DNA of 63,744 nt, filler included, from Dugesia japonica (Eukaryota), in the NCBI GenBank assembly GCA_001938525.1. It is 6 parts of 6 records of this genome, joined end to end, with 100 filler letters (N's around TTAATTAATTAA, not from the genome) between each part and the next. Parts side by side here need not be neighbours in the genome. Positions count along the whole stretch, not along the records: positions 39,953 to 48,640 come from MQRL01636250.1; positions 48,741 to 63,744 come from MQRL01503788.1; 4 more parts are not named here. The stretch is one strand, 5' to 3'. Every line of letters begins with the position of its first letter. The first letter of the stretch is position 1. Under the pieces are notes generated by a model that saw nothing but the letters and a program-made list of their open reading frames with translations, did no database searches and was not told the DNA's origin. The position numbers were made by a program, and so were the translations under genes. This document shows positions 40,686 through 52,817 of this stretch, piece after piece.

Positions 40686-41052
40686 TTTCAAAAGAATACA
40701 AAAAAATGGACAGTTTTGAAAATTTTCAAAAAAAATACTAAAAAATCAAAATTAAAAAATGCTAAATATAATATATCTATAATGTCTAAAAGACTTTTCT
40801 GTATTAATCAAAAAGATTTTTTTTGAAAATTTTTTGAGTTGATTTCAAAATAAAATCATTAAAATCATTAAATTTTAAAAAAAATAAAAAATTAAAATCA
40901 TTAAATTTTAAAAAAAATAAAAAATTAAAATNNNNNNNNNNNNNNNNNNNNNNNNNNNNNNNNNNNNNNNNNNNNNNNNNNNNNNNNNNNNNNNNNNNNN
41001 NNNNNNNNNNNNNNNNNNNNNNNNNNNNNNNNNNNNNNNNNNNNNNNNNNNN

Positions 41053-41229
41053 GGGAATTTGTAATTATTACAGGAAGTTTATAGAAAACTACGTAAGAAA
41101 ATCAAACATATTAGAGCAGATGTGTATCGGACCAATCAACAAGAAATTAGAATAGACAGATGAAATAAACGATACTTTTGAGGGTCGGATAAAATCTTTA
41201 ATGACCGCACCAATATTGAGTTTTCCGGA
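41053..41229 (+). mobile_element. Older Gypsy pol (RT-connection) fragment, left half of the host element
   Basis: GICNYYRKFIENY..LMTAPILSFPD. Confidence 0.8.
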
Positions 41230-44200
41230 TGTTAGTTGAGTTTGGAAAACTCATCGTATCATCAATATCAAAATTCAAATTCATTACTTTGTTTATTTTT
41301 ATTAAAATCAAAACTATAACCAACATTATTTGTATTTCAAACAAATTAAAGTCATGTGCTTTAATTGGTGATCTTTTTTCTAAAATTTAAAAATTAAAAC
41401 GTTTATTTATTAAAATTAATTTTAAAATTTTATTTATTAAAAAATTAAACTTTATTATTCAATAATTATAATTTATCCTTAAATCAATACTTGTTTATTT
41501 AAATTTTTCATCAATAACTTAAATCTCTTTTAACAAAAGATTTTAAAAATAAGATCACCAATCACATAAAAATTTCAACTTGCTTTTAACACTGCTCACA
41601 TCCCTCTTTTTTAAGAAATTTTTTGATCTTCTCTACGTTTCTTTCGAGAAAATGTCCGTTTGTAATTGTCCGGATGTAACGTCTATCATGAATCTTCTTC
41701 TTGATCTTATAGGGTCCTTCATAATGATCTTGGTACTTGTTCCTTGTTTCATCTTTCACCAAGACCTCATCACCAATCTCGAATTGTCCTATGGTTAATA
41801 TTTCTTCCACTTGTTCTTTGTGCACTCTTTGAGAATTGGTTTCATACCATTTTCTCTGCTTATTCTCTTCACAAATACGATTTCAGTAGGGCTTTTACCG
41901 ATAATTTTCTGTTTTGTAGCATTTAAAGTAAATTCTATCTCTGGCAATATATCTGCCCAATCTGAGGTTTTTTTTATGATCTGTTCTGAGAATAAATCTC
42001 TTCTCATATAAGTAATGTTTGAAATGAATACAAAAGTAGTAAATTGCGAGAAATACTTTCCGTGTAGTACAATTTCCTTTCTCATGACTCGTCATTGCGT
42101 GTGACCCATATGCAATTACTGTTTCTTGTCCATTGTTGTCTTTTTGAGATAGTATTGTCCCAATAGTATCGAAACTCGTATCCGAGTCCAAAATAAATCC
42201 TCTATTTATAAATGGAAACATAGTATTGGGGACACCACTAGTGCTTCTTTCATTTCATTAAAAACTTCTTTTAATTCATTCACCCATACAATTTTCTTGT
42301 TACATGTCCCACTACACAGCTGTTCCAACAATCTAGCTTTCTTTGAATAATCTTTAATAAACTTTCAATAGTAATTGTAAATTCCCAAAAAGCTTCTCAT
42401 TTTCTTAACGCAGTTTGGTTTATCGAAGTTCTTAATTGCTTCTATTGTAGTTGGGTCTGTTTTGATACCTTCTTTGCTGATAATGTGTCCCAAAAATTTA
42501 ATCTCCTTTCACATGAATTGACATTCTCCAGATAAACTCAGACCAGCCTTTTTAATTTCTGTTAATATTTTATTGATTATTTCGTAATGTTGCTTCTCTT
42601 TTTCGGTGAAAATGAGAATATCATCTAGATAAACCATTGCTCCATTTATTTTTCCGATTAATTTATTCATCATTTCCTGGAACGTACCTGGTGCTGTTGC
42701 AATTCCAAAAAGCATTCTAATTAAACAAAATTGCCCTTGTTTGGTCGAAAAAGCCTTCTTTTCTTGAGAATTTTCACTGATTTCCACTTGGTAGTATACA
42801 TTTCCCAAGTCTATTGAGCTACATTACTGCGTACCTTCCAATAAATCTAGCATTTAGTCCACATTTGGCATAGGAAAACTTGTCTTTCTGTTATTGCATT
42901 GAGCTGTCTAAAGTCTAAGCATAATTGTATGTATTTTCCTATTTCCAAACACAGATTAATGGCGAACTCCATTGCAAATTACACCTCCGGATGAAACCAT
43001 TATCATATATATTCTTGATTGCCTTTTCAATCTTTTCCTATAGATTCGTCCGTTGGGGATATGGTTTTATGTTGATTTGATCTCCTTTAGTGATTATTTG
43101 ATGTTTCGTTAAGTTTGTGCATCCAATGTCCCATTTATCCGCCATAAATACATCCTCATTATTCTGAATAATCACATTCAATCTATGATCTTTGTTCATT
43201 TCTAGAATCTTCATTGTATGTTTCAATCGTTCACCCGTCTGTATTTATCTTCCAAATTTTGCCTCGATGATTATTGACGTCTACATTGCATTTTGTCTGA
43301 AGATGATACCCAAAATTATTCTGAAATTCCACTCCACCAATTAGATCTGGTATTAATTTCTCTACTATTATAAATGTTACTTCCTTGCACACTTCTGAAA
43401 CTACAACTTTGGCACGTATCTTTGCAATCGTCTCCAATGAGCTGTTAATCACGCAATGCAATTGTTCCTTGCTTTTATTTAACATTGTTTCTCCGAGTCT
43501 ATTAAAGCCTTTCATGCTCCTCACATTTATTCTTGCTCCCGTATCCAACAATCAATCAAACTGTTCATCATTTATCATCACTGAAATGCTAGGTCTCCAT
43601 TGCATTTTATCATACGAAATTTCTGCATTCTGTTTTTCTTCAATTATTTCTATCATTTCTGCTTTGTTATCTTCCGCACCATTTAAACTTTCTTATTTTA
43701 GGAATCTGTAAACCTTTACTCACTTTACTCGTCTCATTCCATTTCTTGCCCTCTTGAGGATATTCAAACGGTATCTCGTTTAATGGATGGCTCCGACCAA
43801 CTCCTCTACTGACGGAACCCTGCCTTTTGGGTATTCTCTTCTTGGATTTTCATTTTCTATTATGCTATCAGAAAGTCCTTCTTCATTCTCATTATCAAAT
43901 ACTTCTCGAATGGCATGAATTGGTTTTGTCCGACTACAATCTTTTATTTGTTGTCCGCTTCTAAAGTTGTATCTTCTCTCTTCTAGTCTAGGTTTATTAA
44001 TGTTCGAATAACATTCTTGTGCTCTGTGACCCGGTCTTTTACATCTACCACATATTATTCCTGTGCACATCCTTCTGACATGACCAATCTTACCACACCC
44101 AAAACATTTTGGTGGTTTCTTGTCTGGNNNNNNNNNNNNNNNNNNNNNNNNNNNNNNNNNNNNNNNNNNNNNNNNNNNNNNNNGACACTCTCTTTTTGTA

Positions 44201-45169
44201 TGCCCATAACTCTGGCATGTCCAACACTGTGATTCTGTTCTTTTTGTAACTCTCTCAATATTTTGTCTCTTTTCTCCGAAACGTTCTCCGAAAAGTTCTC
44301 TGAAACATTTTCCGCGTGTTACACTAGCGTAACTCTTTACTACATTAATAGGTTCTCTTCTTTCTATTTTTTCAACTAATGTTAACGTTTCTTTTAAATC
44401 TTCTACTTTCTCAAGTTTTTGCATGATTATCTTTTCTTCTGCTTTTTGACTATTTGCACAAATTAATAGCATTTTTTATAAGAGTTTTTCTTTCGTCAGC
44501 TCTCCATTTGTTAAATATTTATCAACCAAATCTTCCACTTTTTTAAATATACCTCAAGTTCTTCATCACCACGTTGATAGCTTACAAGATTTTCTAAATC
44601 TTTTATTATGTCTCTTTTGCTCTCAAAAGCTAATCGCAATCTCTCTCGATATCCATCAGCTTTCTTCAATGTCTTTACATATGCTTCCATTAAATCTTCA
44701 TGAAGCATACATGTTACCCAACGTTCTTGATCTTTCTTAGCAATGATGTTCTTTACATCAAAGTATATTTCACACCGTTTTTTAAACTTCTCTAGATAAT
44801 CGCCTCTGCATAAAATTTTTGGCAACAATCTTTCTGTGATTGCATCAGTGTTTACCGCTGCCACAATATTAGTTAAGTTTGGAAAACTCGTCGTATCATC
44901 AATATCAAAGTTCGAATTCATTACAACGCTTTATTAAAATCAAAACTATAACCAACATTATTTGTTAATCAAACAAATTAAAACCATGTGCTTTAATTGG
45001 TGATCTTTTTTCTAAAATTTAAAAATTGAAACTTTTATTTATTAAAAATCTAAACTTTATTATTCAATAATTTTAATTTTTCCTTAAACCAATATTTGTT
45101 TATTTAAATTTTTCATCAATAATTTAAATCTCTCCTTTGAACAAAAGATTTTAAAAATAAGATCACCAA
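41230..45169 (-). mobile_element. Gypsy family A element with two LTRs; RNase H-to-integrase deletion
   Basis: 3' LTR 41230-41600 (TG..CA, PPT aaagaggga); 5' LTR ~44869-45169 truncated; gag with CCHC knuckles, LDTGA, YLDD, RNase H (DTS..RTDH), integrase C-terminal GPY. Confidence 0.95.
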
Positions 45170-45600
45170 GAGAGTTGAATAATAACAAGTCATAAAAAGA
45201 AATACTGCATTATACGAAAAGATTTATTGGCTGTGTATTATTTCTGTTTGCATTTCAAACATTACTTGTACGGTAGAAAATTTACACTTAGAACAGATCA
45301 CAAATCTCTAATTTTCCTGATAACGACAAAGAAACTAATTACGTCGCAATTTCAGACATAGATTAATTATCTGAGCAGCTTAGACATGGTTTTGGAATAA
45401 AGAAAAGAAGTTCAACATGCTAATGCAAACATGTTATCTATACCAAGATGTGAGGTATGTGTACAATGTCAAATGTTACATGAAGATGCCAAGAAAGGGA
45501 AGATTAAAACGAGAATAATGAACATAATTGAAAAGGAAAAAGAAGATCATTCAAATATTTCTGAGGAAACAGATTTGATCAAGAAAATGATATAAAATGA
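45170..45600 (+). mobile_element. Older Gypsy RNase H fragment, right half of the host element
   Basis: LLAVYYFCLHFKHYLYGRKFTLRTDHKSL..HANANMLS. Confidence 0.85.
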
Positions 45601-45959
45601 TCCAAAATATAGTATAATAAAATGATATATTAATAATAATAATTATTGTCCTTGGAAATAATTATTGTCACCCTCCAACTCCAAAAATAAACCGGCCTGA
45701 TATTCTCGAGATACAGAAACGTTTTTGTTCTTGATCTTTTTATGTAGCGATTTCGACATCGGGTTCCAATCGGTTTTCTGAGAATATATNNNNNNNNNNN
45801 NNNNNNNNNNNNNNNNNNNNNNNNNNNNNNNNNNNNNNNNNNNNNNNNNNNNNNNNNNNNNNNNNNNNCTTCTTATTGAATAATTGAAACAGATAATTCT
45901 CTGAATTATTCTCTGCAATTTGATAGTTTTTTTGGAAAGGGGTTTGCGACCGATAAAGT

Positions 45960-46040
45960 TTGGGAACCACTTCTATGTTTTGCGGGGGGAGCGCCAAAAA
46001 GGTTTTGTGCCCAGGCGCCCGTTATGCTCGTTACGCTATT
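45960..46040. mobile_element. hAT-like terminal sequence
   Basis: GC-rich island ending gcccaggcgcc..gctcgttacgctattg, resembling CAGTGGCGTAAC-type ends. Confidence 0.35.
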
Positions 46041-47558
46041 GAGAACTATACTCAACAACATTTTCTATGAAATAGACTAGTTTATAATTAAATTTGAGAA
46101 TAAAATATTTTTTGAATAAATTATTTTTAGCTAGAAATTATCAGAGGTCAATCTGAATCGATTTTTGTAAAAATTTCGACTAATAATTGTTCAAAAAATT
46201 TTGGATGTTCCGAATTCCCATAAATAATTCATTTAAAATATTTAAAAATTTTCATATTATTCAAACAACATGGGTTGTTCACCCGGATTTCCACAAAAAA
46301 TTTTAAATTATCTTTTAAAAACTTGAAAATTTAAACAAATTTGACTTTTCACATGAATTTCAGTAAAAATAAAACCCAAACCGAGCATGAGGAAATAATA
46401 ACTCAAATTCACCTAACAGTGACAGTAAAAATTACACATACCGAGTATATAATTGACCAAAACCATCCAATAATTACCCAAACTGACCATTCACGAGAAA
46501 TTAATGGACCAAGATTGCCCAAACAGAGTAAATAATTTACCGAATCACTCAAACTAATCCCGAGAAAAGATTTAATCAAATCATCCAAATTTTTCATTCC
46601 CGAAGAAATATTCGACCGAATCACCAAAACATTACTCTAAACCAGTCGAAAATTGACCATATTCGACCTCACCGAGCAAATTATCAACCAAATTCTCACC
46701 GAGAAACTTCTAGACAAAAACCATCCAAAACCAATCAAAATTGGACCTCATTCGATGGCACAGAATAAATTTCCTACCAAAAAGCTTGAAGTAATTTTTA
46801 CAAACTAAAAACAGGAAAAGTTTAAAACCACTTTTAAATTTTAACCCGAAAATAGCACCGTTATTTAAAAACTTTTACTAAAATTAACACCATTTTTAAC
46901 ATTTTTTTTATAGCCTTCACCAAAAAAAACATTATTTTTAAAAATTAAACTACTTTTAAATATTTGGTGTTATGCACTACTATCTACCTACCTTTCTACA
47001 ACCAAAAAGTCAACTGTTAACTTTGACATCTTCTTTGTATTTTTCCATGTCGATACATCATAAATTAGAAACTTTAAAATTTTTTTAATAAATAATTTAC
47101 TCCATTTCATAAAATCCAAATCATATTTCTAATTTTAAATTATTATTACGTTACTTTACACTTCTACTGGTTATAAAACAATTGACTCTTTTCAGCCCAA
47201 TTTTTATGTCCTCCATATCACACCACTAGTTCTTTGATTGTATTGCTAGATAACATAATCGGTTGGATTTCATTTAACATATCACGTTTTACAATTTAAT
47301 AATCAACTAGTGGTGTACAACCAGCGAGTTATCCATTTCTGTGTAGTAATAATTTGTACTGAAAATGGTTAACATTGTTAGTGGTTTATATTATTAAAAT
47401 TCATCTATTTTGGTTTTTAAGCAAATTTAAAGCCACGCGATTTTATGGACATACGTAAATATTTTCAAAGCGTTAATTTAAATTCGCATAAAAACAACTT
47501 TAAAATTAATTTCTCTTATTCAATAGATAATACAATTTTATTAATCAATTTATAAGAA

Positions 47559-48152
47559 ATGTTTTCTGATAATGAAAAAATCAATCACCAATTTCAATGT
47601 TCATTTGATTTATCAAATTCAATTTCACAAGCATTAATTAGACTTTCATTATTAAACAATAAAGAAAAAGAGAAAAAACCGAAAATCTTCAACGAATGGA
47701 TTACTGTAACGATTAGTTATAAAACTTTAAAATCTCAAAATCGTAGTAAAAGAAAAAAATCAAAAAAGAAACACAATTCAAATACAAACTCTCAATTTAA
47801 TCATAAAATGAAATTTTCAGTTAATTGCACTGATATAGAACAAGATTTACATTTAGAAAATTATCGGAAATTCAAACTGATGCGTAATAATAATAATAAT
47901 AATNNNNNNNNNNNTCGTAGAAATGTTAATTTGAAAAATGTTTATTTGAATACGTCTGTAGTAAATAATTCTTATTTAAATATTGAAAATAAATCTCAAC
48001 AAAGAAACAGTTCATATTCGAGAATTAATTCTAATTATTTTTCTTCTATCAAAAAAACGATATCAAATAGAAAAATAAAAAATCCAATTTCCCGGAAAAG
48101 CATTTCTTCTCCTGTCTACTTACTTACAACAAAATCATGTTTCCGGAAATGA
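47559..48152 (+). CDS. Hypothetical K/N/S-rich protein
   Basis: 197-codon open frame in very AT-rich DNA; no recognisable domain. Confidence 0.35.
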   Translation: MFSDNEKINHQFQCSFDLSNSISQALIRLSLLNNKEKEKKPKIFNEWITVTISYKTLKSQNRSKRKKSKKKHNSNTNSQFNHKMKFSVNCTDIEQDLHLENYRKFKLMRNNNNNNXXXXRRNVNLKNVYLNTSVVNNSYLNIENKSQQRNSSYSRINSNYFSSIKKTISNRKIKNPISRKSISSPVYLLTTKSCFRK

Positions 48153-48640
48153 TTGTTTTCAGATGATATATTTTATTTAAAATTATTTTCAACTTTTCTA
48201 CTTGTTTTTCTTTTGTAGAAAAATATCTATTTGAAATGAAAAGTTTTGGTAAGAAAAGAATTTATCGAAATTGTTCAGTTGGAAAGATTTTCGAAGAATA
48301 TGAATCATAATATTTAGAGAGAGAAATAATTAAAAGATTTAATTTTTGGAATCTTAATGGGGAAAAAATCAAATTATAAATTTCATCGTAAATTATTTAT
48401 TAGAATTTTAATGTAAAAATGGTTTAGTTTTACCAGGTGATACAAAAACCTAAATGATTAATGTTCTAGTAAATATATTTCAATGGAAATAATCATTGAT
48501 TTATTTTAACAATACTTTATATCAATCTTGTATAGGTTATTCGTATAGAATGATTCTGTAAAATATAAAAACATGAATATAGTTTATATAAATGTTTTTT
48601 TGTTTATTTATGTAATATGCATAGTGTGTATTACACATTA

Positions 48641-48740
48641 NNNNNNNNNNNNNNNNNNNNNNNNNNNNNNNNNNNNNNNNNNNNTTAATTAATTAANNNN
48701 NNNNNNNNNNNNNNNNNNNNNNNNNNNNNNNNNNNNNNNN
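48641..48740. other. Artificial scaffold linker
   Basis: N44-TTAATTAATTAA-N44. Confidence 0.97.
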
Positions 48741-49459
48741 TATTTTTCTATTAACTTTTAATAAACATTCAAAATCTTCTCTCAATTCATATCACAAAAT
48801 TTTTTATCAATATTTTTTCGTTTTTTTTAAAAATTTAATCTTTTCACATCGATACTGATACTATGTTTTTAAAAAATTTTAATTATTGTAATTATTGAAA
48901 ATCATATTAATCTTAGGTTTATCATCTTTAATTAATATTTAATTAATTAATTAATGTTTATTATTTGTTTTTTTCTATGAATTGTAGAAATGTAGCCTGT
49001 TCCTAATGTTTTCCATGTAATATGATGTTTTTCTGGTAAAATATTATATTTTTGTTGAAAGTGTTTGAAAACTTTGCTTTCTTTTTGTTTGANNNNNNNN
49101 NNNNNNNNNNNNNNNNNNNNNNNNNNNNNNNNNNNNNNNNNNNNGTAAGTAATATTTTTTTATTGTATATTTAAACTAAAAGGATTTCATTAAATTAAAA
49201 GCTTCGATCAAAATGTTGTTTTTTTAAATATATTTTTAATTGTTAGTATTTCGAATTTTTTACTTTTTTCTTTTACAGGATTTAACTTTTTGATTTCTTA
49301 AATATTTATTATAATAATAGAAAAAAATTTGGAATTTATTTTATTGAATTTTAATTGGTTAATCAATTTAATTATTATAAATTTCCTAAAATCAATGTAA
49401 TTTTTAAGAATTATTTAAATCAAACAATTAAAATAAATATTGAATAAATCAAGAAGTTA

Positions 49460-49620
49460 ATTTCTGAAGAAGACAATTATCGAAAATTTGAAATACTAAC
49501 AACAAATAAAAAATTATAAAAAACAACATTTGAATTGAAGCTTTTAATTTAATGAAATATCAAACACGACCAATGGTTTAGTCCAACAATTATTCTCGCA
49601 ATAATTATTGTAATTGTTTA
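49460..49620 (+). repeat. Penelope pLTR-like repeat with a hammerhead core
   Basis: CTGAAGA-A-GAC-aatt-ATC-GAAA (one stem II mismatch) followed by the family consensus. Confidence 0.6.
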
Positions 49621-50499
49621 ACTAATTAATCAATTTATTAAAAATTGTTGGTTTAAAAAGCCGGAAAAAGAAAAACAATAGTTATTATAAGAGATGTTAG
49701 GGTGCTAAGTAGTGGTTGCTTAATAGTGTTATGTAATATTGTAATTTAGACTTTACTGTATGAAAAATAGAATTACAAAGTAAACATTTTAAATATTACT
49801 TAAAATTGAAATAAAAATGAACAATTAAAACAAGTATATTTTAAATAAAATTATAAATAATTTAAGTTACTAAATATAGTAATTTTTATTACTGAAATTA
49901 GCTAAATAATTTTTATCAAATAACGTCACATCTATTTTTAAGTGTGATTTGTTATAGGAATAAATTAATTAGTTTTATTTTTGATGGACAACACATAATT
50001 AAATGATGGTGCCATTTAATTTTGATTTTATGACGAGGTAAACGTTTGTTGTTTATGATAAATTCACTTAAGAAACATTTTTTTGGTTTGTTTATTTAAA
50101 AAATTTTAATTTCAAAAATTTTGATAAATAATTTGGTTTGCAAAAATTTTATTTTGATATTTAATATTTTTTATTGAATATTCAGTTCATTGGCATCCAT
50201 TAATTTCCTGCAAAGAACGAAATCCTGGTTGGATAGTTGATCCTATATTTCTGACTAAGTCAATGTTGTGAATTTAAAGAAAAACAGTAGAACAAAAAAA
50301 TTATCTTTTGTCATTATATTGAGGAGATTCCAGTTAGTTCCACCAAGTAAATAACTTCGCAGTTTAATCGTGGTAATGTATTACTGTGATATTCTNTTTT
50401 AAGCTTAAATAGGAGCACGAAAAGCTTGGGATAACCCCACATATAAAAATTTATAAGCTGCCATATTTTATTGACTTACTTGTAAATCTGTTATATTTA

Positions 50500-52010
50500 A
50501 TAAAAGTTTATAAAATGAGTTGGGATTCTAGGCTTTTGATGTTCACTTAATTTACTTTCTCGCTTGACTTTCATCCATATAATTACGGATTGAATCATCT
50601 GTTTAAGAGGCAACCTAAAGTCCCCAAGTATTTATGACACCTCTGCGTCATGCTCCCTTCTCCCAGGTTCAGCGAAACTTTGTGGTATCGCGACTTACAC
50701 TGTTTGAAATTATGCTTACGGACAACATTTATTTCGCTCAGTTAATCACTTCTCAATGTTTACTACTGGCTATACATAACCAACTGATCTATAATAATAA
50801 GACACAACGACAAAATTTTATTATTCAATGTTCACGCGTCCAAATCCACCACTTGAGTATCGTCCATCGCGTTTTCCTTCTCGGGCTAAGTACTCCACAG
50901 GGTTCGGAGAGTAGCAAAATTTGCAGCTTCATTCACTGCGTACCATTTAATCAAATCTACTATGAGCCGATTTGCCTGCTGTAGTGCTAACTCCCGTGAC
51001 TTATGCTGGATAGGCCGAGTTTAAGACTTAGTGACCACTTGGTTGAGCCGTAAAACTTATGCCTTCAATTCGTGCTTTTTTTTGCTTCTATTTTATCGCT
51101 ATGTCCACCAAATCTCTATTTTCAACTGAACTCTCCCTATGATTAGACACTAAATAAATAACCAGTAATTTTCATTATCATTTCACATTTAATAAATGAT
51201 TATTTTCGAATTATAAAGATGATCACATTAGTTTTGCTTATAAGTTTCTGAATAACATTAAAAATAATAGTATTTTCTATTTTTTTTTGTTTACAACTGC
51301 CTCTNNNNNNNNNNNNGTGCAGAACAACAAAAAAAAGAAAAATTTGTTAACTGTGACATACGTATCACCAAAAATCTTGTAAAACCATATCCAATTTTTG
51401 TATCGATTCAATCTTTACTATCATCGGGTACCAAACCTTTGTAAGATCCTTGGTGTCGTCCATCAACTGTGATAACAATCGCTCTTCCATCCGTTCTATC
51501 AGCTCTCAGTGCTCCATAATCTGTTTGGTTGACAGTGCTATGTCCTCAATCATCGCCTGCATTTCTTGTCGTAGTTGCGCGAGCTTAATTTCTGGTGTCT
51601 GGTTAGTAGTTTGGAAAGCATCGAACTTCTGTTTCAATCCACGATTTATGTTAATCAACTCTTGTTGGCCACGTCTAATCTCGGCTTTATTTTTCTCGTT
51701 GATGGTCTTCTTCTCCTCAAGCAGCTCCACTGTAAACACCCAGGGGATTTTATATAATCCTTCACCGTTGTTGCTTACCATCAACGGAAATAATAGTTGT
51801 ATCATTACTCCAGATCATCCAGAAATAATACAATTAATAGATTAGCAAATAGGTTCAAAATAACAGCTACAAGAAATTTCTCTTTTTATAACACTGCAAA
51901 ATAATTTTTAATGACAATTAAAATTTAGCTAGCAACTATCGTTTTAAAAAAAAGGTTTGTGAATGATACATACAACTAGTTTATATACTATCCGCGTTTC
52001 TGATTGGCGT
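50500..52010 (-). mobile_element. Relative of the 27-38 kb elements: promoter plus a series of decayed acceptor-led ORFs
   Basis: CCAAT..TATATAAA on the minus strand at ~51980-52008; coiled-coil ORF 51380-51805; tttag|TG ORF 51149-50832 followed by AATAAA. Confidence 0.45.
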
Positions 52011-52817
52011 TTCACTTTTGATCTCTGTTGCCACTCACCGCATACCAATTGTCTCACCACTCCTCGGTCATCATGCATATGCTTTGTTACAGCAGAAATC
52101 TCCAATATTCAGCAAGTCACAACATGTATACCACCACACTACCTTTTATAGAGTACTTGGAGTTATTTGATTGACACTGATTTTGGAAAATGCAAAGTGG
52201 TATTATCAATACGGTAAGTGCTTTTTTATCTGCTGATTCATTGACTGATTTCATTTATTTTCAGATTTAGTTTTTCCAAACCATTATCAACAATCGCTGG
52301 TCTGGACTCAATTATAATACAAACAATTACTACTAATAATATTGATAACTACAAATAATAATAATGATGATGAATAGAAATAATTATAAATTATTACAGT
52401 AATGATATTGTCTTAAGGACCTTTCTATTATTATTATTATATAAATAAGTAGTAAGGGAATGACGATTTTGATCACACACCCCCCACCATAAATCACCCA
52501 AGCAAAAGAAAGGCCCATCGCAGGGGATAAAAGTGATGGATAGTGAATTGTGAGAAAAACACTAGTTTTGAGTAAAAACTTCAAAAAGAATCAAAATTGT
52601 GAAATTATAAGGAGAGAGTGATCAAACTCGTCATTCCCTTACTACTTGAAGATTGGTGATTGATGATTTTTCCCAGAATAAAAAAACTAATAAATATTAA
52701 ACTAAAATATTAAACTAAAATATTAAAGTAAAATATTAAACCAGAAACAATGAAGAAAAAGTGGTTATAAAAGTCCAGCAAGGAAAGGGTAAAAAGGGGT
52801 TATGGTGCTGGGTTCAA

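Noticed and set aside
46341-46800. Short ORFs in a region rich in accga-type motifs
   Set aside because: Looks like degenerate tandem or subterminal repeat with no coding signal.
49695-50441. Possible solo LTR TGTTAGGG...CCCCACA
   Set aside because: No TSD and no second copy visible.
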